Positions 1 to 8,355 of a DNA stretch of 64,000 nucleotides are shown here, in pieces (the first letter of the stretch is position 1; every line of letters begins with the position of its first letter). The notes under the pieces were generated by a model that saw only the letters and a list, made by a program, of their open reading frames with translations, searched no databases and had not been told where the DNA came from. The position numbers and the translations under genes are program-made. Origin of the DNA: Micavibrio sp. (GTDB lineage Bacteria; Pseudomonadota; Alphaproteobacteria; Micavibrionales; UBA2020); the NCBI GenBank assembly GCA_028283745.1, contig JAPWJZ010000008.1, positions 715,762 through 779,761 on the forward strand, written 5' to 3'.

Positions 1-25
1 CGTTTCCGCCAAGAAAGCCGCTTAA
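1..25 (+). CDS. 3' end of an upstream gene, possibly ATP synthase alpha subunit (partial)
   Basis: A frame running off the 5' edge reads ...VSAKKAA, then TAA at 23-25, 19 nt before atpG. atpA precedes atpG in canonical atp operons. This is context only; the fragment is too short to identify. Confidence 0.35.
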
Positions 26-44
26 GCGAAAGGCCTTTTGACCG

Positions 45-935
45 ATGCCCAGCCTCAAGGAGTACAGGAACAGGATCGCGAGCGTGAAGTCCACGCGCAA
101 GATCACCTCGGCCATGAAAATGGTCGCAGCGTCAAAACTGCGCCGCGCCCAGATGCAGGCCGAAGCCAGCCAGCCCTATGCCCAGCGCATGGCGGCCATG
201 CTGTCGCGCCTCATTTCCAACATCGACATCAACGACACTTCGCCCGTGCTGCTTGGCGGCACCGGCAAGTCGGATGTTCATCTGCTCGTCGTCCTGACGT
301 CGGACCGCGGCCTGTGCGGGGGCTTCAACGCCTTCGTCACGCGCCTCGCCCGCCAGAAAATTCGCGAGCTGACGGCAGCCGGCAAGACTGTGAAGGTCGT
401 GACCGTCGGCCGCAAGGGTAAAGACTCCCTCAAGCGCGACCACGCGGATAAAATCATCCACTCGTTCGAAGGCATCGGCCGCAAGCGCCTTGCGTTTTCG
501 GACGCAGCGCAGGTGTCGCAGTTCATCCTTGAACTGCTGGCGCAGGAACAGTTTGATGTCTGCACGCTGGTTTATAACCAGTTCCGCTCCGTCATCAAGC
601 AGGAACCGTCTTCGCTGCAGATCATCCCGTTTGAAAAAACGGCGGTGGCCACGGCGGAAGAAGCTGCCGAAGGCCCGAAGGCTCTTTACGAATTCGAGCC
701 GTCGGAAGAAGAAATCCTTGAAAGCCTGCTGCCCCGCAACCTCGGCGTGCAGATTTACCGCGCGCTGCTGGACAGCGCCGCCGGTGAACAGGCCGCCCGC
801 ATGACCGCGATGGAAAACGCGACCAAGAACGCAGGCGAAATGATTTCCAAGCTGACGCTGCGCTACAACCGCGCCCGCCAGGCCTACATCACAAAAGAGC
901 TGATCGAAATTATTTCCGGCGCAGAAGCCGTTTAA
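45..935 (+). CDS. atpG: F0F1 ATP synthase gamma subunit
   Basis: 296-aa ORF with ATG at 45. N-terminus [36 protein letters not shown] and C-terminus [19 protein letters not shown] are classic gamma-subunit signatures. atpD lies directly downstream. Confidence 0.95.
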   Translation: MPSLKEYRNRIASVKSTRKITSAMKMVAASKLRRAQMQAEASQPYAQRMAAMLSRLISNIDINDTSPVLLGGTGKSDVHLLVVLTSDRGLCGGFNAFVTRLARQKIRELTAAGKTVKVVTVGRKGKDSLKRDHADKIIHSFEGIGRKRLAFSDAAQVSQFILELLAQEQFDVCTLVYNQFRSVIKQEPSSLQIIPFEKTAVATAEEAAEGPKALYEFEPSEEEILESLLPRNLGVQIYRALLDSAAGEQAARMTAMENATKNAGEMISKLTLRYNRARQAYITKELIEIISGAEAV

Positions 936-947
936 GACAAGTATTGA

Positions 948-2405
<1,458 letters not shown>

Positions 2406-2415
2406 GGAATACGTC

Positions 2416-2442
2416 TCCCGCGCTTTTTTAAAAAGCGCGGGA
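2416..2442 (+). other. Intercistronic palindromic stem-loop between atpD and atpC
   Basis: tcccgcgcttttttaaaaagcgcggga forms an ~11-bp stem (c17-g41 through t26-a32). No T-tract follows the 3' arm, so it is probably an mRNA structure rather than a full terminator. Confidence 0.4.
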
Positions 2443-2512
2443 ACCTTCCTCAAGGAACGCGTGTTAATGGTTTTAGGCCGGCATGCGTTCCAATAAGAGA
2501 CAGGAGTTACCC

Positions 2513-2938
2513 ATGGCTGAAGCCACCACAACGACCACCCCGACTTTCCAGTTCGAGCTTGTCTCGCCGGAAAAAATCCTTGTTTCCGAACAGGCGAAAA
2601 TGGTTGTTGTGCCGGGCGAAGCCGGTGACTTCGGCGTGCTGGCGCAGCATTCGCCACTGCTGTCCTCCATCCGCCCCGGTGTTGTCACGCTGTTTACGCC
2701 CGACGGCGGTACCCGCCGCATCTTCGTCGCTGGCGGCTTTGCAGACGTTAACCCCACACTTTGCTCCGTCCTTGCAGAAGAAGCCGTCAACGTGGACGAT
2801 CTGGACCGCAGCAAGCTTGAAATAGACCTCAAGAACCTCGAAGAAGACCTCGACGGCTCCAAGTCCGACCCGCTGAAAGTCGCAAGCCTGCAAGCGCAGA
2901 TCGACGTGACCCGCGCTAAAATTCAGGCGACGGCATAA
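2513..2938 (+). CDS. atpC: F0F1 ATP synthase epsilon subunit
   Basis: The ORF opens at 2483, but ATG 2513 has an AGGAG RBS at 2502-2506. Sequence FQFELVSPEKILVSEQAKMVVVPGEAGDFGVLAQHSPLLS is typical of the epsilon beta-sandwich. It is the last gene of atpGDC. Confidence 0.9.
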   Translation: MAEATTTTTPTFQFELVSPEKILVSEQAKMVVVPGEAGDFGVLAQHSPLLSSIRPGVVTLFTPDGGTRRIFVAGGFADVNPTLCSVLAEEAVNVDDLDRSKLEIDLKNLEEDLDGSKSDPLKVASLQAQIDVTRAKIQATA

Positions 2939-2960
2939 ATTTTAAGAAATTCCGATGAAT

Positions 2961-2990
2961 AAAAAACCCCGCATCACGCGGGGTTTTTTA
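2961..2990. terminator. Bidirectional rho-independent terminator between convergent atpC and the AAA-like array
   Basis: aaaaaaCCCCGCatcacGCGGGGtttttt: a GC stem flanked by an A-tract and a T-tract. Confidence 0.7.
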
Positions 2991-3647
2991 TTTGAGCGTC
3001 TGGGGTTTTGTGCCAAACCGCAGCGGCTTTAACAGCTTCACGCCGCGGTTAACGGCAACATTCACTTCAGGGCGGGTCTTCCAGTCCAGAATATCTTCCT
3101 GTTGCTGCTTCAGCTCGAATTCACGGCGCAGGCGCGCGTTGCGTTCCGCATTAAAGGCGGCGGATTCTTCAACCGTAAAGCTGCGGGTGATTTCTACGGG
3201 CGTAAGCGCAAGGCTGTTGCGTGTTGTTGTCGGCAGGTCCGCGATGAAGTCTTTCATCTCCGCAGGGGTTCCGGTGATCAGCACAATGGTGCTGCCGGTT
3301 TCCAGCGTTTCCGCCAGTTGCGCCAGCAGGATGTGCCGCTCCATTTTGGCTGCCGCCGGGTCTTCCAGCAGCAGCATCTTGCCCTTGGCCTCGTTAAAGA
3401 CGTCTTCAATGTCGCTTGGCAGCGGCTGCCGGTTGCAATCCAGCCGCACGGGTTCTTTTTGCGGGGTAATGCCCAGGTCAAACAAGGCGGCTGCATAGTC
3501 ATGCCCCAGCGATGTGCGGCCGGAATTTTCCGGCCCCGTCACCACCTGCCATAGCGCGCCGAAAAGGGTTTCGCTGCTGCGGCCAAGGTTATGCGCAATA
3601 TCCCGTATATCTTTTGCATTGGCTGTGAGGTGGTCAAGCGGCAGCAT
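2988..3647 (-). CDS. Degenerate AAA+-like P-loop protein, paralog 4 of 4 (SpoVK/CbbX-like core, C-terminal LKPLRF tail)
   Basis: The ORF extends to TTG 3671. ATG 3647 sits 4 nt after the paralog-3 stop, with a GAAGGG RBS. Walker-A-like GPENSGRTS, Walker-B-like MLLLEDP, RSFTVEE motif, tail VKLLKPLRFGTKPQTLK. Alignable by eye with the three upstream genes. Confidence 0.7.
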   Translation of the reverse strand: MLPLDHLTANAKDIRDIAHNLGRSSETLFGALWQVVTGPENSGRTSLGHDYAAALFDLGITPQKEPVRLDCNRQPLPSDIEDVFNEAKGKMLLLEDPAAAKMERHILLAQLAETLETGSTIVLITGTPAEMKDFIADLPTTTRNSLALTPVEITRSFTVEESAAFNAERNARLRREFELKQQQEDILDWKTRPEVNVAVNRGVKLLKPLRFGTKPQTLK

Positions 3648-3651
3648 CGGC

Positions 3652-4299
3652 TTAACCCTTCGGCTTGTCAAAGCGTGCGGGCTTCAGGGGTACGACCGGC
3701 TGGCTTGTTTCCACGTTGGCGGCGCCCACGCCATCCCAGCTTTGCTTCAATACAAGGCGTTTGATGGCCGAGTTGCTCATGCCATTGAACTGCGCCTGCC
3801 GCCCGTAATAATTGTTGATCTCCTGAAACGAAAAACTATGCGTCAGTTCAATGCGCGACGTAATGTGGTGGCGCAGGGTGGGGGAGTGGCTCAAGGCCAC
3901 TTCCATCCCGGGCTTTTCCGCCGTGATGATAACGGGGTTGCCGCTGCTGACGGCCTGCACAATAAGCTGTTCAATCAACGCCCATTGCGGCATGCCGTGC
4001 AGCCTGTCCGGGTCATCCACCAGTACGGCCTTGCCGGGTGCAAGCTTGGCGATGGCATCAAGGATGGTCTGCGCGCCGGGGCGCTGGCCGCAATTGACCA
4101 GCACGGGCTGCGTATCTGCGATAAAGCCTTTGTCTTTCAGGGCTTCGATATACTCATACGCCTGCGTCGATTTGCCGGATTTTCGCGGGCCCAAAATCAT
4201 CTGGTGCAAATGCTGGCCGGGCAATGCCTTCATGCCGCGCTCTACGCGCTCGCGCAGACTTTCGGCGCGCAGCAGCGATTTTTCAAGGTCGTCATGCAT
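3652..4299 (-). CDS. AAA+-like P-loop protein, paralog 3 of 4 (the only one with a canonical GKS Walker A)
   Basis: 215 aa. ATG 4299 overlaps the paralog-2 stop (ATGCATGA). GPRKSGKST, AVLVDDPD, HSFSFQE, tail VVPLKPARFDKPKG. Confidence 0.75.
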   Translation of the reverse strand: MHDDLEKSLLRAESLRERVERGMKALPGQHLHQMILGPRKSGKSTQAYEYIEALKDKGFIADTQPVLVNCGQRPGAQTILDAIAKLAPGKAVLVDDPDRLHGMPQWALIEQLIVQAVSSGNPVIITAEKPGMEVALSHSPTLRHHITSRIELTHSFSFQEINNYYGRQAQFNGMSNSAIKRLVLKQSWDGVGAANVETSQPVVPLKPARFDKPKG

Positions 4300-4936
4300 G
4301 GCTGTTGCCGGCAGGGCGGAAGCGCAGCGGTTTTAAGGCCTTCACTGGCGCGGTAATGGTTACGCTGGCAACGGGGTTTTCCTGCCAGTGGCGCAGGTTG
4401 TCCTGCCGTGTCAGGGTGCCATCGCGGTCGTTGTCAAACGCCGCGCGCTCCGCCGGGGTAAAGCTGCGCTCCGTCTTCAGCATGGCGGGCAGGAGGGCGG
4501 CGCGGGGGCCGTCTTCCAGTTTTTCCAGCACGCCAGTCACCGTCGGCACGCTGCCGATAACGACGACGATGCTGCGCTGGTTGTTGAAAGCTTTGTTCAG
4601 CTCCGTCGTCAGCGTCACGGCCATGCTGGAATCCAGCTTGTCCGCTTCCTGAATGATGAGGATATTTCCTGTCGCGCGCGCAAAAGCATCGCGGATGTAA
4701 ACCGCGCTTTTGGCACGGTCGCAGCTCAAGACATCAGGGAAGCGCTCCGGCAACAGGTTCGCATTGCGAAGGTCGATGGCATACTCCCGCGCCAGCGTTT
4801 CCTTGCCGGATACAGCCGGCCCCGAAATGCTCTGCCACAGGGAGGGAAAGTAGGTGCGTTTATCGACGGGGAAGTGGCCTGCGCTGGTGGCGGCATCCTG
4901 CACGGCATTCTTCAAATGCTGGCGCGCATCGCTCAT
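4292..4936 (-). CDS. Degenerate AAA+-like P-loop protein, paralog 2 of 4
   Basis: 214 aa. ATG 4936 is 1 nt after the paralog-1 stop. GPAVSGKET, ILIIQEADKLD, RSFTPAE, tail VKALKPLRFRPAGNSHA. Confidence 0.7.
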   Translation of the reverse strand: MSDARQHLKNAVQDAATSAGHFPVDKRTYFPSLWQSISGPAVSGKETLAREYAIDLRNANLLPERFPDVLSCDRAKSAVYIRDAFARATGNILIIQEADKLDSSMAVTLTTELNKAFNNQRSIVVVIGSVPTVTGVLEKLEDGPRAALLPAMLKTERSFTPAERAAFDNDRDGTLTRQDNLRHWQENPVASVTITAPVKALKPLRFRPAGNSHA

Positions 4937-4937
4937 G

Positions 4938-5636
4938 TTACGGGCCCCGCGGCGGGCCGAAGCGCACGGGCTTCAGCGGTTTGACGTTGTTGGCTACCGC
5001 AACCTCGACGCTTTTGCGCTGGCGCCATTCTTCCATGGAGGATGCCTTGCGGTCTTCGGCATCACGCTCTTGCGTGCTTAAATTAGCGCGCCGCGCGGCT
5101 TCTGCTTTTGCGGCGTGATAAGCGTCAATTTCCGCCTGACGGAAGGTGCGGTCCGTATGCACGGTGCCGCTGAAGCGGCGTTTCAGGCCGGGTTCTTCCT
5201 TCAGCCTATCCGCCATCGCATGTTCTTCGGCAACCAGAATGAAAACCGTTTTGCGGTCTTCATAGGCGTTCTTCAAAAGGATGATGGCATCATAGCCGTT
5301 AAAGTCGCGGGCCAGCAGGTGAGCGTTATCGATGATAAGGCTGCCGCCACGGCTGTCCGCAAGAAATTTTTTAAAAGTGTCCTGGTCCGGCTGCGCTGCG
5401 CAATCCAGTACCAGCGTGCGCCACGAAAGTTTTTGCGCCAGTAACGCCGCCGCATAGGATTCAGCCTCCGTCGTGCGGCCGGATTGGGGGGGGCCGACAA
5501 TAAGCTGGTGCAGCTGGCTTGTCGTATCGACGACAACACCGGCGCTATTCTGCACACGCATCAGGGCGTTATTAAATTCCTCCCGCAGAGGCATGGCGGT
5601 TCTTTCAAAGACGGCGTTTTTTTTGCGTGAAAGCAT
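4938..5636 (-). CDS. AAA+-like P-loop protein, paralog 1 of 4 (closest to the SpoVK/CbbX signature)
   Basis: 232 aa from ATG 5636. The alternative ATG 5594 gives 218 aa, matching its paralogs. LHQLIVGPPQSGRTT, GGSLIIDNAHLL and EEPGLKRRF resemble hhhGPPGTGKTT / GGVLFIDEA / NPGLxSRF of SpoVK/CbbX-type AAA+. Tail VKPLKPVRFGPPRGP. Confidence 0.75.
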   Translation of the reverse strand: MLSRKKNAVFERTAMPLREEFNNALMRVQNSAGVVVDTTSQLHQLIVGPPQSGRTTEAESYAAALLAQKLSWRTLVLDCAAQPDQDTFKKFLADSRGGSLIIDNAHLLARDFNGYDAIILLKNAYEDRKTVFILVAEEHAMADRLKEEPGLKRRFSGTVHTDRTFRQAEIDAYHAAKAEAARRANLSTQERDAEDRKASSMEEWRQRKSVEVAVANNVKPLKPVRFGPPRGP

Positions 5637-5679
5637 ACTTTATATGCGCGTCAGAATAGCAAAGGTTATGGATAATTAC

Positions 5680-5710
5680 CAGAAAAGCCTTAGCGTTTCC
5701 GCTAAGGCTT
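5680..5710 (-). terminator. Hairpin (candidate terminator) between the Cys-rich gene and the AAA-like array
   Basis: Perfect 10-bp inverted repeat aagccttagc (5685-5694) / gctaaggctt (5701-5710) with a 6-nt loop. On the minus strand it is followed by TTTCT. Confidence 0.45.
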
Positions 5711-5740
5711 TGATCTGGATTAATAAATAGCCTGTTTTTA

Positions 5741-6307
5741 TCAGGTCGGGATGCTGGGGAATTCCTCCGCCAGCGTCGGCGGGCGGTCAATGTGCAAATC
5801 CTCGATCGCGGCACCCTGTTGGGCCATGTCGCGGCAGGCAATAGCGCAGGCACGGCAAATATCGGCGCAGCGCTGCATTTCACCGTCGGCGGTGGCATCA
5901 TTGGGTTGCATGCTCTCGCAAGAATCCGCGCAGGCATCTGCCACATTTGCAGCGGCAGCGCAGACGGAAGTATGAAGGGGCGAACCACGCGTCATGAAAT
6001 CCGCCGCGGCCTGGCAGATATCCATGCAGTCCAGCATGGACTGCACATGCGTGGGGCCTACGTATTTGCCGCCTTTTGAAAGGCAATGTTCCACCAGCGT
6101 GCGCTGCACGGTGTGGCGTGCCTGCCAGCACAGGCGAATGCATTCATCCAGATCCGGCGACACCTCTGCCGTCTGCACGCCCGGTACGGAAAGGTGCATG
6201 TCTGCGCTCATCAGTTCTGCGCTCATCGGCTTTTTTATGCCGGTTCTTTTGGTGATGTTCTTTTGGCCTAAATTCTTTTGACCGGAATTATTTTGAATGG
6301 TGTCCAT
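5741..6307 (-). CDS. Cysteine-rich four-helix-bundle protein (DUF326 / copper-binding-type Cys repeats)
   Basis: 188 aa. Repeated Cx3Cx2C-type spacing: CIRLCWQ, CMDICQAAADF, CAAAANVADACADSCE, CADICRACAIACRD. The N-terminal ~50 aa are polar with no signal peptide seen. Start uncertain (internal Met codons present). Confidence 0.7.
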   Translation of the reverse strand: MDTIQNNSGQKNLGQKNITKRTGIKKPMSAELMSADMHLSVPGVQTAEVSPDLDECIRLCWQARHTVQRTLVEHCLSKGGKYVGPTHVQSMLDCMDICQAAADFMTRGSPLHTSVCAAAANVADACADSCESMQPNDATADGEMQRCADICRACAIACRDMAQQGAAIEDLHIDRPPTLAEEFPSIPT

Positions 6308-6506
6308 GTGCGTCTGCCTCCAACGTCCGTTTCCAAGATCTATTTTGTTGTCGAACGGTAAACGTGCGAAGCGGGGGTATGGTTCCTTGGATATTAAATT
6401 ATCAGCCGATAACAGGCACTTGGCCTTGCCTGAAGCGCAGGGGCTTTTATATAAGGCGCAAAGGGGCTATATAAATAATGCTGCCCGAAACAAGGAGAAT
6501 TAAGTC

Positions 6507-8000
6507 ATGTCCCAAGCCGCCGTAAAAATCGTCGATGCCGCTGCCGAGCTGCAATTGAAAGACGCAAAGCTGTTCCGGCAGCTGGCCTATGTTGACGGGC
6601 AATGGACGGCGGCGGAAGGCGGCCGCATTTTAGAGGTGAACAACCCCGCGACCGAACAAATTCTGGGCACCGTGCCCAACATGGGCGCTGCCGATACAAA
6701 GAAGGCGATTGAAGCGGCGCACAAGGCGTTTGAAAGCTGGCGCACCATGCTCGCCGCCGACCGCGCAAAAATTTTAAAAAAATGGGCGGATTTGCAGGCC
6801 GAGCATATCGACGACCTCAGCCGTATTCTTACTGCCGAGCAGGGCAAGCCGCTTTCGCAGGCAAAGGCTGAAATTCAAAGCGGCATCGCCTATGTGGAAT
6901 GGATGGCCGAAGAAGGCCGCCGCGTATACGGCGACATTATTCCGACGCACAACAAAAACCACCGGCTTGTCACGCTGAAGCAGCCGGTTGGCGTTTGCGT
7001 GATGATTACGCCGTGGAACTTCCCCAGCTCCATGATCACGCGCAAAACCGGCCCCGCGCTGGCGGCAGGCTGCACCGTTGTGATCAAGCCATCGGAAATG
7101 ACGCCGTTTTCCGCGCTGGCGCTGGCGGAGCTTGCCGAGCGCGCGGGTATTCCGAAGGGCGTTTTGAACATCATCATTGGTGAAGCACAGCCGATTGGGA
7201 AGGAAATGACGGATAACCCGCTCGTCAAAAAGCTCAGCTTCACGGGCTCCACCGCCATCGGCAAAATGCTGATGGCGCAATGCGCGGCAACGGTTAAAAA
7301 AGTATCGCTGGAACTGGGCGGCAACGCGCCGTTCATTATTTTTGACGATGCGAATATTGATGATGCGGTTGCCGGGGCCATTGCATCGAAGTTCCGCAAC
7401 AGTGGCCAGACCTGCGTTTGCGCCAACCGCATTTTTGTGCAGGACGGCATTTACGATGCCTTCGCGCAGAAATTCAGCGAAGCAGTCGCCAAAATGAAAA
7501 CCGGCAACGGGCTTGATGACGGCATCGACCTTGGCCCGCTGATTAACATGAAGGGCCTTGAAAAGGTTGAACAGCATTTGGCGGATGCAACATCCAAGGG
7601 TGCGAAGGTGGCCACCGGCGGCAAGCGCCACAAAATGGGCGCGACATTCTTCGAGCCGACAGTGCTGACGAACGCCACGACCGATATGCGCTTCTTCCGT
7701 GAAGAAACCTTTGGCCCGCTGGCGCCGCTGTTCCGCTTCAAGACGGATGACGAAGCCATCCGCCTTGCCAATGATACCGAATACGGCCTTGCGGCGTTTG
7801 TGTATACCAACAACTACAGCCGCGTCTGGCGCGTATCGGAAGCGCTTGAATACGGCATGGTGGGCGTGAACAGCGTTTCAATCGTAGCGGCGCAGGCGCC
7901 TTTTGGCGGCTGGAAACAGTCGGGCATGGGCACCGAAGGCTCCAAATACGGGATCGAGGATTACCTTGAAATCAAGCTGATGAGCATTGGCGGGGTTTAA
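6507..8000 (+). CDS. gabD: NAD(P)+-dependent succinate-semialdehyde dehydrogenase
   Basis: 497 aa. AGGAG RBS. Near-collinear by eye with E. coli GabD: ITPWNFPSSMITRKTGPALAAGCTVVIKPSE, KKVSLELGGNAPFIIFDDA, FRNSGQTCVCANR. Confidence 0.93.
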   Translation: MSQAAVKIVDAAAELQLKDAKLFRQLAYVDGQWTAAEGGRILEVNNPATEQILGTVPNMGAADTKKAIEAAHKAFESWRTMLAADRAKILKKWADLQAEHIDDLSRILTAEQGKPLSQAKAEIQSGIAYVEWMAEEGRRVYGDIIPTHNKNHRLVTLKQPVGVCVMITPWNFPSSMITRKTGPALAAGCTVVIKPSEMTPFSALALAELAERAGIPKGVLNIIIGEAQPIGKEMTDNPLVKKLSFTGSTAIGKMLMAQCAATVKKVSLELGGNAPFIIFDDANIDDAVAGAIASKFRNSGQTCVCANRIFVQDGIYDAFAQKFSEAVAKMKTGNGLDDGIDLGPLINMKGLEKVEQHLADATSKGAKVATGGKRHKMGATFFEPTVLTNATTDMRFFREETFGPLAPLFRFKTDDEAIRLANDTEYGLAAFVYTNNYSRVWRVSEALEYGMVGVNSVSIVAAQAPFGGWKQSGMGTEGSKYGIEDYLEIKLMSIGGV

Positions 8001-8030
8001 CGCCGCTTCTGACGCTTGCGAAATCAAAAA

Positions 8031-8057
8031 GGCCCGGATCAACTCCGGGCCTTTTCT
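8031..8057 (+). terminator. Rho-independent terminator after gabD
   Basis: GGCCCGGAtcaacTCCGGGCCttttctt. Confidence 0.7.
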
Positions 8058-8355
8058 TAACTGAACACTTATTCGGTCTAGGGTGTGTGTGTAAGTGAAG
8101 ATCAAAGTAAGTGTTGAGGAAAAAAGTGTCTGGTCTTGGTGAAACCGCGTCTCTTTTTTGATTATGAAATTGTTATAATCTGCAGCGTGCCTCGCGTCAA
8201 GAAAAAATGTTTTCATAAATAAGAAGCGTTCTCATTTGCAGTAAAATGTTTTGTATTTTCTGTGCCGCGCTGTGGCGCCGCCCACAAATATTTTATCAAC
8301 AAGGCCGCCAAAAAAAGTTAACATGATTGCTGGGGTTTATTGGGGATACTGAAAA

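Noticed and set aside
7878-8216. 112-aa minus-strand ORF spanning the gabD 3' end and the AT-rich spacer. Also the 77-aa ORF at 61723-61956 in the AT-rich spacer.
   Set aside because: The first crosses the gabD terminator and overlaps gabD. Both have odd composition and no RBS or recognisable features.
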